A DNA stretch of 48,005 nt from Rickettsiales bacterium (GTDB lineage Bacteria; Pseudomonadota; Alphaproteobacteria; Rickettsiales; UBA1997), in contig JAIRXW010000016.1 in the NCBI GenBank assembly GCA_031268035.1, positions 1-48,005 of the forward strand, read 5' to 3'. How positions within the stretch are numbered: the first letter of the stretch is position 1; each line of letters starts with the position of its first letter. Below, one piece after another: positions 8,200-17,129 of the stretch. The position numbers were made by a program, and so were the translations under genes. The notes below the pieces were generated by a model. That model searched no databases and was not told where the DNA came from. It saw nothing but the letters and a program-made list of their open reading frames with translations.

Positions 8200-11133
8200 G
8201 TGAAATTAAAAATTGTGTGGTTGTTCTCTATGGTTATGATAAGTTCATTTTTATCTGGGAAATCTGTTTTTGCTCTGGATCCCAGAGTCGGTTCGTCCAT
8301 TAGTGGTTTTAGGGTTCTAGAGAAAGAAATAATTCATAATAATGGCAGGGAGGATAGGATTTTCGTCTTTGAACATATGGGAACGGGGGCCAGAGTTCTC
8401 TATGTTAACAACATAGACCCCCATAGATTTTTTGGAATAGTGTTCTCTGCTCCAGCACTTGATAGTACCGGAGTGGTGCATATTCTTGAGCATTCTGTGC
8501 TCTCTTCTTCCCATAAATATAAGGGTGTCGATCTGTTTTTCGATCTGGCAAAATTTACTCCGGCAACTTTTCTAAATGCCTACACAAAGGAGGGACAGGT
8601 TTGCTATCTTTTCCAGACTCTGAATAACAGCGATTTTACGAATCTAATGGATGTGTATATTAATGCCGCTCTTTTCCCCGAGCTTTCGGAGGATACTTTC
8701 AAAAGAGAGGGCTGGAATTTAGAGGCCGATGGAGATGGTAATCTGAGCTATAATGGGGTAGTCTTTAACGAGATGAAGACCGCCTACTCTGATCCCCAGG
8801 AGCATTTCTGGGTGGAGTCTTTCAAAAATTTGTTTCCCGGATTAGAATTTGACTATGGCGGGCTGCCTAATCACATTATAGACCTGACCCATGAAAATCT
8901 ACTGAAATACCATAGAGATACTCATAATCCCTCGAATTCTCTGACAATTATCTACGGCCGGGGGAATATAAAGAAAGAACTTGGTCTGCTGAATAGCAAT
9001 TTTAAAAAATTCGAAAGGAGAGAGCCGCTCAGGCCTAACTTTGAGGATAGGCTACTCTCTTCCCCGGTGAAGAAAGTTCTGGCCTATCCGGCTGCTAAAG
9101 ATGAAGAGCATTCCTATTTGGTTTTTTCCTATGTGTTGGGAGATGTGGGAGATGTGGTTGCTAACTCTAAGGCTGACTCTCTGGCTTTTTTGCTGGCAGG
9201 CTATGAGGAGGCGCCTCTGAAGAGAGAAATTGTGAAAAGTGGATTGGCTACGGACGTTGGTGTTAACATCGACTCTGGAAAAAATAAGACAGCTCTTTTC
9301 ATTGTGTTCGAGGGTGTGGAAAAGAAAAATGAAGGCAAAATCGAATTTGCCCTGGAAAAAGTTCTTAGAGAGGTGGCGGATTTTGGTTTTGGGGAGATGG
9401 CGGAGGAGGCCGCTCTGTCCATGCAAAAGTATAGGATTAGAAACGAGAGTAGGTTCAAATTTGCCTTCAGTAGAAATGATGAGAATATTTTCTCTATAAA
9501 TGATGCCTACATGCTAGGAAAGGACTACAAATTGTTTCTGGATGGGGAGAGAAGGGGGGCCGAGTTTGAAAAAATTACTGGGGACAGGAATTTCTGGAGA
9601 ACTTTTCTGAGGAAGAATCTTCTGGAGAATAGGCAGCGGGCTGAAATAACCTTCCGTCCCGATGATCGTATGTTCGATCGACAGAATGAAGAAATAAATT
9701 CTAAGCTTGCTGTTCTAAAGAAAAATATGAGTGGTCCGGAACTGGAGCAACTTAGGCTGGAAACCGAAAGATTCCGAAAAGCCTCTGCTGCGGAGATAGA
9801 GACAAATTTTCCAAGAATTTCTCTGAGGGACTGGAAGGATGAAAAATTAACCAGCAGAGTGAAAAGGGAGAATTTTGAGGAGGTAAAATTACTCCACAGT
9901 GATACAAAGAAAAATGGCAATGGCCTGGCCCAGATTGCCTTTGCCTTCAACATAAATATTCCCCACGAGATTCTGCCCGCTGTGGGCATCTACAGCCTGT
10001 TGTTTGACAAACTTGGCTCTGGAACGAAGAGCAACGCGGACCTGTATCTCGAACAGACTAGGATCCTTGGTCACCGCATTGACAGGAGCATTCTGCTGAA
10101 ACCTACCTACGGGGGCGAGGGCATTGTGAGTCGCTTTATTGTCAAAGTTAGGGGTTTCGACGATGCGCTGGGGGAGAAATCCTTTGAACTGTTGAATGAA
10201 AACCTGTTCGGGCTCGACTACGATGGGCAGAAAAATGAGATTAGGAATATATTGGATCGGGCGCTGCAGGAGATAGAAATGGATCTAAAAAGAGATGGAT
10301 ATTTCCTATTTTCCGATGTGTCCGAAAGAAGTATAACAAATTCCTATCTTGGCGGTGAAAAATATTATTTATATCTGAAGGATTTACTGGAAGATTGGGA
10401 TGCAGGCTTCAGAAAACTATTGGCAGATTTGAACTATGTGAGAAGCAATCTTTTTGTGAGAAAAAATCTGGTGGTTGGTGTTGTCGGCAGCAAAAGAGTT
10501 CTTGGGGAGAGTAGGAAATATATAAAGAGTTTGCCCCGGGGCTTTTCGAAGGGACAGGCCCGTGACTTTACTCTGAAGAAGCTAAATCAGGCTAGAATCG
10601 TGCCGGCTAGAAACTATAGAAATTATCTAAGATGTGATTCGAGAGGAAAAACCTGGGAATTACATTTTCTGCCGGCGCTTCTAACTTGGAACTATTTGTA
10701 TCCGGAGGTTAGAAAAAAGAGGGGCGCCTATGGGTCAAAACTCAGTATGGAGTATGACCAAATGATGTTCTATAGCTATTCGGATCCAAACGTAGCTAAT
10801 ACCTTTGATGTGTTTAGGGGTGCTGGCGAGTTTCTCCGAAACCTCACAATGTCCGTCAGAGACTTCGAGGGGGTTAAGATAAAGGCGCTGGCTGTGTATC
10901 TCCACCCTAGAACGGATCTTGATAGTGGCATGAAAATTCTAGAGGACTATCTGATAGGAAGAACTGACAAAAATATTGAGAATGAGTACAGAACCATAAG
11001 AAATCTAAAGCTAGATGACGTGAAGATTCTTGGTGACTATATCGACCAATGTGTCGGCGATTCTCAGATTGCAACGGAAGGTCCCAGAGAGGGTATAGAG
11101 AGTAACAAAAATCTTTTTGATGAGATTAAATAG
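8200..11133 (+). CDS. Insulinase-family M16C (PreP/Cym1-like) Zn metallopeptidase with a signal peptide
   Basis: 977 aa. Inverted zinc motif HILEH, FLNAYT, FKREGW, NGVVFNEMK, C-terminal VRKKRGAYG..SYSDP, signal-like N-terminus ending VFA. Confidence 0.88.
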   Translation: MKLKIVWLFSMVMISSFLSGKSVFALDPRVGSSISGFRVLEKEIIHNNGREDRIFVFEHMGTGARVLYVNNIDPHRFFGIVFSAPALDSTGVVHILEHSVLSSSHKYKGVDLFFDLAKFTPATFLNAYTKEGQVCYLFQTLNNSDFTNLMDVYINAALFPELSEDTFKREGWNLEADGDGNLSYNGVVFNEMKTAYSDPQEHFWVESFKNLFPGLEFDYGGLPNHIIDLTHENLLKYHRDTHNPSNSLTIIYGRGNIKKELGLLNSNFKKFERREPLRPNFEDRLLSSPVKKVLAYPAAKDEEHSYLVFSYVLGDVGDVVANSKADSLAFLLAGYEEAPLKREIVKSGLATDVGVNIDSGKNKTALFIVFEGVEKKNEGKIEFALEKVLREVADFGFGEMAEEAALSMQKYRIRNESRFKFAFSRNDENIFSINDAYMLGKDYKLFLDGERRGAEFEKITGDRNFWRTFLRKNLLENRQRAEITFRPDDRMFDRQNEEINSKLAVLKKNMSGPELEQLRLETERFRKASAAEIETNFPRISLRDWKDEKLTSRVKRENFEEVKLLHSDTKKNGNGLAQIAFAFNINIPHEILPAVGIYSLLFDKLGSGTKSNADLYLEQTRILGHRIDRSILLKPTYGGEGIVSRFIVKVRGFDDALGEKSFELLNENLFGLDYDGQKNEIRNILDRALQEIEMDLKRDGYFLFSDVSERSITNSYLGGEKYYLYLKDLLEDWDAGFRKLLADLNYVRSNLFVRKNLVVGVVGSKRVLGESRKYIKSLPRGFSKGQARDFTLKKLNQARIVPARNYRNYLRCDSRGKTWELHFLPALLTWNYLYPEVRKKRGAYGSKLSMEYDQMMFYSYSDPNVANTFDVFRGAGEFLRNLTMSVRDFEGVKIKALAVYLHPRTDLDSGMKILEDYLIGRTDKNIENEYRTIRNLKLDDVKILGDYIDQCVGDSQIATEGPREGIESNKNLFDEIK

Positions 11134-11220
11134 CCTATATCATCCTAGAATGTTCTGTTGGCTGCTTCCCATTAGGGATGGATTTCTGGATCTGAATTGT
11201 GGAATAATAGGGAGATTGCT

Positions 11221-12000
11221 ATGAAACAATATCTTGAATTACTTAGAAATGTTTTGGGAAATGGCGTTCGGAAGGACGATCGGACTGGCGTGGGAACTCT
11301 GTCGATATTCGGCACACAGAGTAGATATGATTTAAATGATGGCTTTCCGCTGGTGACCACAAAAAAGATGCATTTGAAGTCTATAATATATGAATTACTC
11401 TGGTTTCTGAGGGGCGACACCAATTTGGGCTATCTGAAGGAACATGGTGTAAAAATATGGGACGAGTGGGCCGATGAAAATGGAGATCTGGGGCCAGTCT
11501 ACGGCAAACAATGGCGCAATTTTGGCGGTGTTGACCAGATATCGGAGGTGATCAGTACTCTAAAAACCAATCCAAATTCCAGAAGAATTCTGGTGTCCGC
11601 CTGGAATCCTCCCGAGGTGAACAGAATGCGTCTCCCTCCGTGCCACACGCTGTTTCAGTTTTTTGTCCTCAACAATAAGCTCAGCTGTCAAATGTACCAG
11701 AGATCGGCGGATTGTTTCCTTGGAGTTCCCTTTAACATAGCTTCCTACGCTCTGCTGACGATGATGATGGCCCAGGTCTGTGGCATGCAGCTGGGAGAAT
11801 TTATCCACAGTACAGGGGACACCCACATATATTTAAATCACCTAGAGCAGGTTAGACTGCAGCTAGGAAGAGAGCCCCATCCTCTGCCGAAAATGATTTT
11901 AAATCCAAAAGTGAAGGACATATTTTCCTTTGGCTACGAAGATTTCAATCTAGCCGACTACAGATGTCATCCTTCGATCTCGGGGGAAGTGGCCGTCTGA
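11221..12000 (+). CDS. thyA: Thymidylate synthase ThyA
   Basis: MKQYL start with [23 protein letters not shown], catalytic [21 protein letters not shown]. Confidence 0.97.
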   Translation: MKQYLELLRNVLGNGVRKDDRTGVGTLSIFGTQSRYDLNDGFPLVTTKKMHLKSIIYELLWFLRGDTNLGYLKEHGVKIWDEWADENGDLGPVYGKQWRNFGGVDQISEVISTLKTNPNSRRILVSAWNPPEVNRMRLPPCHTLFQFFVLNNKLSCQMYQRSADCFLGVPFNIASYALLTMMMAQVCGMQLGEFIHSTGDTHIYLNHLEQVRLQLGREPHPLPKMILNPKVKDIFSFGYEDFNLADYRCHPSISGEVAV

Positions 12001-12150
12001 GACCGGTTTCCAGGGGCGACGGGAGGAGGCGCCGTCATGTTTTAGCTAGTCCATCGATCTAGAGAAATAGGCTTTACTGATATAAAGTTACTCATGAATA
12101 TGAGTAGCTGATATTTTTGCCAAATAATGAATAAAATAAGTTTGTGCCTA

Positions 12151-12178
12151 TTGATTTCTAAAAAATTCGGTTTATCAT
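12151..12178 (+). promoter_or_regulatory. Possible sigma70 promoter for pal
   Basis: TTGATT-N16-TATCAT 30 nt upstream of ATG 12209. Confidence 0.4.
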
Positions 12179-12208
12179 GCACGTCATCTGTAACCATTGG
12201 GACTTTTT

Positions 12209-12664
12209 ATGAATAAAAAATTAATTTTATTATCAACTATTCTATTGTTAGCTGGCTGTGCCGAGAACTATGAACCCGTTTCTTCTGCGGGCCAGAGTGA
12301 AATTGAAAAGCCTAGTGAGGAAAAGGCGGAGAAGGGAAATAAGGTGTTTTTCGCCTTCAATAGTGCTGTTCTTAGCAAAGTTGCGAAGAGTACACTAGAT
12401 CAGCTGGCTTCTAAACTAGTCAAAGAAAAAACTTCTACCACTGTAGTGGAGGGCCACTGTGATGAGAGGGGCACAAGGGAATATAACCTAGCTCTCGGTC
12501 AGAGAAGGGCCAATGCTGTTAAAAAATATCTGATTTCTAAAGGAGTAGCCTCCAAAAGAATTGGAACTAAGAGTTTTGGTAAGGAAAAACCCGCTGTTTT
12601 TGGGAAGGGTGAAGCCATATGGTCCCAGAATAGAAGGGGCGTGATCGTTGTTAGCGGCGAGTAG
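12209..12664 (+). CDS. pal: Peptidoglycan-associated lipoprotein
   Basis: Lipobox LLAGC, VFFAFNS, EGHCDERGTREYNLALGQRRA, SFGKEKP..NRR. Start moved to ATG 12209. Confidence 0.93.
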   Translation: MNKKLILLSTILLLAGCAENYEPVSSAGQSEIEKPSEEKAEKGNKVFFAFNSAVLSKVAKSTLDQLASKLVKEKTSTTVVEGHCDERGTREYNLALGQRRANAVKKYLISKGVASKRIGTKSFGKEKPAVFGKGEAIWSQNRRGVIVVSGE

Positions 12665-12693
12665 AAGAGATCACTGATCTGGCGGAAGAGATC

Positions 12694-12723
12694 GCGCACT
12701 GTTTAGGTGTGCTGTCTTTTTCT
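12694..12723 (+). terminator. Possible weak intrinsic terminator after pal
   Basis: GCGCAC/GTGTGC stem followed by TGTCTTTTTCT. Confidence 0.3.
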
Positions 12724-12890
12724 ATGTTCCCCCTGGTCCTTCTGGGGGAGGGTGTGGTTGGCTGTAGTGCTACTGGCCTAGTCCTGAGGTAGCTATGGGT
12801 TAGCCCGGTGGGTGCGCAGCCATCTATTATCGTTGGTCCCGAAAGGGTTTCGCCGGAGAGTGGTGTTGATGAATTGAGTTTAGGGTAACT

Positions 12891-13949
12891 ATGTGGAAAA
12901 GATTCCTCAGCGACAATTACGTTGTCTCTATATCTGAAGTTGGCATAGAGAGTAGAAAGATTGGGCCCATGACTAGAGTGCTCCATTTCTTCTTCTCTCT
13001 CTGGGTGGCGTTTTCTACTCTGTTCTTTTTCCATCGAGTGAGAAAGCGGGCGAGGTGGTCCATGGAAATCTATGAGTTGAAGATTGTTAATGCTGAGCTA
13101 AATGAAAAGGTGGCGGATCTTGATCTGGCTGTCAATGAGCTGAGGAGGTATTTTCGTACTCTAAACTACTATGATAGATTCAGGAAATTTGATATGGATG
13201 GAGCCGGCAGAACAATTGATGATAGTATGTTGGGTGTTGCCAATCTTTCCACCGGTGCCAGCAACTACAGCAGAGCAAAACCCATTTTAGCTAATATAGC
13301 CAAGAATCTTTCCCTGCTAAATGGGGAGATGGAGTTGCGAGTTGAGAGTCTAGGTGCTATTCTGAAACTCGTTCGACTGAACGAAGGCGCCCCTTCTGGG
13401 GAAGTTTCTGAACTGAAAGCTGGAGATAGTAAAATGACCTCCAGAGTTGTCTACAATATAGGACGTCTTGGGGCTCTAGAGAGTCGTCTAGATTCGGCTC
13501 CGATAACGATGCCCATGCAGGATTGTAGAATATCTAGCCACTATGGGATGCGTCTAGATCCTTTCAGTAAAAAAATGAAACTTCACAATGGAATTGATCT
13601 GGTGGGGCCGTACAGATCGAATGTTCTTGCCCCTGCTGGAGGGCGAGTGGTTGCCATTCGCTCGAGTAAGGAGATGGGGAATGTTGTGTCTTTGGACCAT
13701 GGGAATGGCATAATTACTACCTATGGTCATCTATATAGGGCCCATGTCACCGTTGGTCAACGGGTGGAGAGAGGAGAGGCCATAGCCACCCAGGGCGCTA
13801 GTGGTCTGAGGTCTACCGGGGCCCATGTGCACTATGAGATTAATGTGCGCAATGCCAGCCAGGATCCAAATAATTTTATTCGGGTGGGCAAGTTGTTGGA
13901 TATTAGCGCAGGAGAAAAATCTAAAAAAAGTGAGGCTATTGTCTACTAG
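12891..13949 (+). CDS. Membrane-anchored M23 peptidoglycan endopeptidase (TM, coiled coil, LytM domain; LmdC/Csd1-like)
   Basis: SSHYGMRLDPF, HNGID (HxxxD), TTYGHL, STGAHVHYE (HxH). Confidence 0.9.
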   Translation: MWKRFLSDNYVVSISEVGIESRKIGPMTRVLHFFFSLWVAFSTLFFFHRVRKRARWSMEIYELKIVNAELNEKVADLDLAVNELRRYFRTLNYYDRFRKFDMDGAGRTIDDSMLGVANLSTGASNYSRAKPILANIAKNLSLLNGEMELRVESLGAILKLVRLNEGAPSGEVSELKAGDSKMTSRVVYNIGRLGALESRLDSAPITMPMQDCRISSHYGMRLDPFSKKMKLHNGIDLVGPYRSNVLAPAGGRVVAIRSSKEMGNVVSLDHGNGIITTYGHLYRAHVTVGQRVERGEAIATQGASGLRSTGAHVHYEINVRNASQDPNNFIRVGKLLDISAGEKSKKSEAIVY

Positions 13950-14104
13950 ATATAGATTGTTCCCGCTCTGTATTTTTTTGAGAACCTTCCTGGAGGAGGA
14001 TAAACGGACTAGTTATTTTTCTAAGAATGTTGCTTATTTTTTAAGTCCAATTATAACATGAAGGGTATATTTTAATTATTTTAGTTGGAGAAGTGGAGAT
14101 TGTT

Positions 14105-14488
14105 ATGTCGTTGATTAAAAATCTTACAAGGGATACCACGCCCTCGCTGGTGTCTGGGGGAACAGTTTTTTTTGGAGATATAAAGAACTGTAATAATATT
14201 GAAATAGAGGGACACATCGAGGGCAATGTTGCATCTGATGTTGTGACCATTCGCGAAAACGGTCTACTGAAGGGAGATGTGGTGGCCAAGGTATTCAATA
14301 TTAAGGGTACATTCGAGGGGAAGGTCTATAGCGAAAAAATAAACATTTCTGATACGGCCGTTATCCTTGGTGTTCTGGAATATAAATTTTTAGCTGTCGA
14401 CTATGGGGCTAATGTGAACTGCGAATTAAAAAGAGTTGCGAGCGACAAAGCAAAACAGGAGCCACAAAAATTGGAGCCAAAAAAGTAA
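14105..14488 (+). CDS. Bactofilin (polymer-forming cytoskeletal protein)
   Basis: PSLVSGGTVFFGDI..IEIEGHIEGNV..IKGTFEGKV beta-helix repeats. ATG 14105 follows a GGAG RBS. Confidence 0.9.
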   Translation: MSLIKNLTRDTTPSLVSGGTVFFGDIKNCNNIEIEGHIEGNVASDVVTIRENGLLKGDVVAKVFNIKGTFEGKVYSEKINISDTAVILGVLEYKFLAVDYGANVNCELKRVASDKAKQEPQKLEPKK

Positions 14489-14495
14489 ATAGAGG

Positions 14496-15665
14496 ATGTT
14501 GAGTCTATTTAATACTCTGACCAGCAGAGTGGAGAAATTCGAACCCCTGGGAAAATCTAAACCCGTCGGGCTCTATGCCTGTGGTCCCACGGTCTATGAT
14601 AGGGCCCATGTAGGCCACGGAAGGGTGACCGTTGTGGTGGATACACTTGTGAGGTTGCTGAGGGTACTCTATGGCGATGTTGTCTATGTCAGAAATATTA
14701 CAGATGTCGATGATAAAATAAATGCCAGAGCCCAGCAGGAAAAAGTATCCATAGGCGATCTAACCGGTAGAGTGATACTTCTCCATGAAAATGATATGCT
14801 CTATCTTAGGAATCTCGGACCAACCCATGAGCCCAGAGTCACAGAACATATAGCCTGCATTATAGAGACCATAGACAGAATAGTGAGAAATGGGCATGGG
14901 TATGTGAAAAATGGCCATGTGTTTTTCAGTGTCAGCAGCTATGGAGATTATGGAATCCTGTCCCATGTGGATGGGGGCAAATTATTGAATGCAGTTAGAA
15001 TTGAAGATAACCCAGATAAACGGAATCCATTGGATTTTGTTCTCTGGAAGCCCAGCTCGGCTGATGATGACCAATCCATTAGATTCTCTAGCCCCTGGGG
15101 CGTTGGTAGGCCGGGCTGGCACATTGAATGTTCTGCGATGAGCCAACAATATCTAGGGAGTGATTTTGATATACATTGTGGAGGAATGGATCTAAAATTT
15201 CCCCACCACGAAAACGAAATTGCCCAGAGCAGATGCGCCTTTCCGGGTAGTAATTTTGCTAATTTTTGGTTTCATGTGGGATTTTTGATGGTGGATGGGA
15301 AAAAAATGTCAAAATCTCTGGGAAATTTTGTGACCATTGATGAGCTTAGAATGAATAATTTGTCAGGCTGTGTTGTCAGACTAGCCGTGGCTAGAAACCA
15401 CTACAGGAAACCCCTAAATTTTGATCTGAATCTAATCAGGGAGTCGGAGAATTTGCTCAGGGGTCTCCATAGGAATTTAGAGGACACCGGAGAGGGCCAC
15501 CCGGTTCCGGAGGAAATTATAGATGATCTCTGCGACGATCTTAACATTCCAAAGACTATCGCCACTCTCGGTAAATTTAAAAAAAACAGGGAATTCGCTA
15601 AACTTCGGGGAGCTTTAGAATTTCTTGGACTGTTTGATAAAAATCTATGCCCCCAGATAAAATGA
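14496..15665 (+). CDS. cysS: Cysteinyl-tRNA synthetase, short (389 aa), C-terminal anticodon-binding domain absent
   Basis: YACGPTVY, HVGH (HIGH), RNITDVDDK, DFVLWK, GRPGWHIECSAM, FPHHENE, KMSKSLGN, DDLN. Confidence 0.93.
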   Translation: MLSLFNTLTSRVEKFEPLGKSKPVGLYACGPTVYDRAHVGHGRVTVVVDTLVRLLRVLYGDVVYVRNITDVDDKINARAQQEKVSIGDLTGRVILLHENDMLYLRNLGPTHEPRVTEHIACIIETIDRIVRNGHGYVKNGHVFFSVSSYGDYGILSHVDGGKLLNAVRIEDNPDKRNPLDFVLWKPSSADDDQSIRFSSPWGVGRPGWHIECSAMSQQYLGSDFDIHCGGMDLKFPHHENEIAQSRCAFPGSNFANFWFHVGFLMVDGKKMSKSLGNFVTIDELRMNNLSGCVVRLAVARNHYRKPLNFDLNLIRESENLLRGLHRNLEDTGEGHPVPEEIIDDLCDDLNIPKTIATLGKFKKNREFAKLRGALEFLGLFDKNLCPQIK

Positions 15666-15743
15666 GCCTGGAGCCAGGGCTTGGGAAAGTTATTTCCGGT
15701 CTGGCGGATAGGTTAGTGGGGAAATTACAGTGTGGGAGAGTCT

Positions 15744-16046
15744 ATGGACAGGAAGAAATTTCAGAAAAATATTGAGGATTTTATCTGTGAGAATTGTGGA
15801 CGATTTGTTCGGGGCAATGGCTTTACAAATCATTGTCCCGACTGTCTTTTTTCTAAACATGTCGACATTAATCCTGGAGATAGGGCCTGCAGTTGCTGTG
15901 GCCTGATGCGACCCGTTTCTCTCGAATGTAAAAACGGTAACTTTGTTGTGGTCCATGAGTGTCTTCGGTGTCATTTCAGAAGAAACAACAGAGTATTGGA
16001 AACCGATAACATTGAGGAACTTATTAGAAAATTAGCTTTCTCCTAG
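15744..16046 (+). CDS. RNHCP-domain Cys-rich (Zn-binding) protein
   Basis: F.CENCG..TNHCPDCLFSKHVDINPGDRA..C.GLM.P..H.C..C. Probable ATG at 15744. Confidence 0.85.
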   Translation: MDRKKFQKNIEDFICENCGRFVRGNGFTNHCPDCLFSKHVDINPGDRACSCCGLMRPVSLECKNGNFVVVHECLRCHFRRNNRVLETDNIEELIRKLAFS

Positions 16047-16071
16047 GCTAAGGAAGCACGCACCAGGCTAG

Positions 16072-16794
16072 TCACTGGCGCCGTTCCATGGCGATTTTTC
16101 TGAGTTCCTGGGGCAATTTCTCAACGGCATAGCGAAAGGCGATTCTAGGCATTATATCTCTTTTGGCCATCAGATAGTCGAATATTTCGTCTGGATGGGC
16201 CTCACTGGCAACCTTCAGAAGCCAACCGTAGCCCTTCTGGACCATATCGTCTCTATCCTGCAGCAGTGCCTCGGCTATGGAGAGAATGTCCGACAGAAAT
16301 TTTCCCCTGCGAGCTGGTATTATCAGAGAAACTGCCGACGCCCTTTTTTGCCATCGATTTTTAGATCTCGTCCATGATTTCAGTCTCTCTATGAATTCCG
16401 GGTACATCTCTATAAACGCTCCCACACTGTGATTACACAGTGAATCACAGTTTGCCCAGTTGCTAACAAATTGGGCTATCCAATATTCCAGCGTGTAGAA
16501 ATCGTCGGGTGTGTAGGATTTTCTCAGAGCATAGGCCAATTCACAGGCCAGTTCGCATTTTTCTAGGCGACCTGATTTCCACAGTTCTTCGCAGAGAGAG
16601 AACACCTCACTTTTGGGCCTCCCCTTTAGAGCTACCAGGATATTCTTTCCTATCTTTTTGACTCTGGCGCTGTCTACTCCGTAGGGGTGTATTTCCTCTC
16701 TGAAAAAACGCCCCATGCTGTTCTTTCTTTCTTCGGAGGAGAAGGCTAGTAGATCTTTCTCCAGGGTGTCTACCAGATCCATAACTTCAGGCAC
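16072..16794 (-). CDS. DNA alkylation repair protein (AlkD-like HEAT-repeat family)
   Basis: LWKSG, NWANCD, SKNRWQKRAS, DDMVQKGYGWLLK, RIAFRYAVEK. True start may be ATG 16782. Confidence 0.85.
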   Translation of the reverse strand: MPEVMDLVDTLEKDLLAFSSEERKNSMGRFFREEIHPYGVDSARVKKIGKNILVALKGRPKSEVFSLCEELWKSGRLEKCELACELAYALRKSYTPDDFYTLEYWIAQFVSNWANCDSLCNHSVGAFIEMYPEFIERLKSWTRSKNRWQKRASAVSLIIPARRGKFLSDILSIAEALLQDRDDMVQKGYGWLLKVASEAHPDEIFDYLMAKRDIMPRIAFRYAVEKLPQELRKIAMERRQ

Positions 16795-16958
16795 TTTTGT
16801 TGAGTTTTTAGGAGGAGAATCTAGCCACTAGCAGTTAAATTACAATAAATAAAAATACGATGGTCATTGTTTGCTGTTGTGACTGGACCCCGGCAGGAGA
16901 AAAATAATTTTTCCCGTGGAATCGATTCTGTGGGGGCGTCCAGAAAATAAGCTCCAGA

Positions 16959-16987
16959 TTGACTTATGCGAATCTATGCCATAGATT
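16959..16987 (+). promoter_or_regulatory. sigma70 promoter of tRNA-Gln
   Basis: TTGACT-N17-TAGATT, 13 nt before the tRNA. Confidence 0.65.
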
Positions 16988-17000
16988 GTTCATATTCCAA

Positions 17001-17075
17001 TGGGTCGTAGCCAAGTGGTAAGGCAACAGGTTTTGATCCTGTCAGGCGAAGGTTCGAATCCTTCCGACCCAGCCA
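17001..17075 (+). tRNA. tRNA-Gln (anticodon TTG)
   Basis: TGGGTCG/CGACCCA acceptor stem, D-arm GCCAAGTGGTAAGGC, anticodon arm ACAGG-TTTTGAT-CCTGT, GGTTCGAATCC T-arm, encoded CCA. Confidence 0.97.
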
Positions 17076-17129
17076 AATTTACTGCAACTAATCTGGAGAT
17101 CAAAGAGTCTTATTCTAGTGAGAGATATT

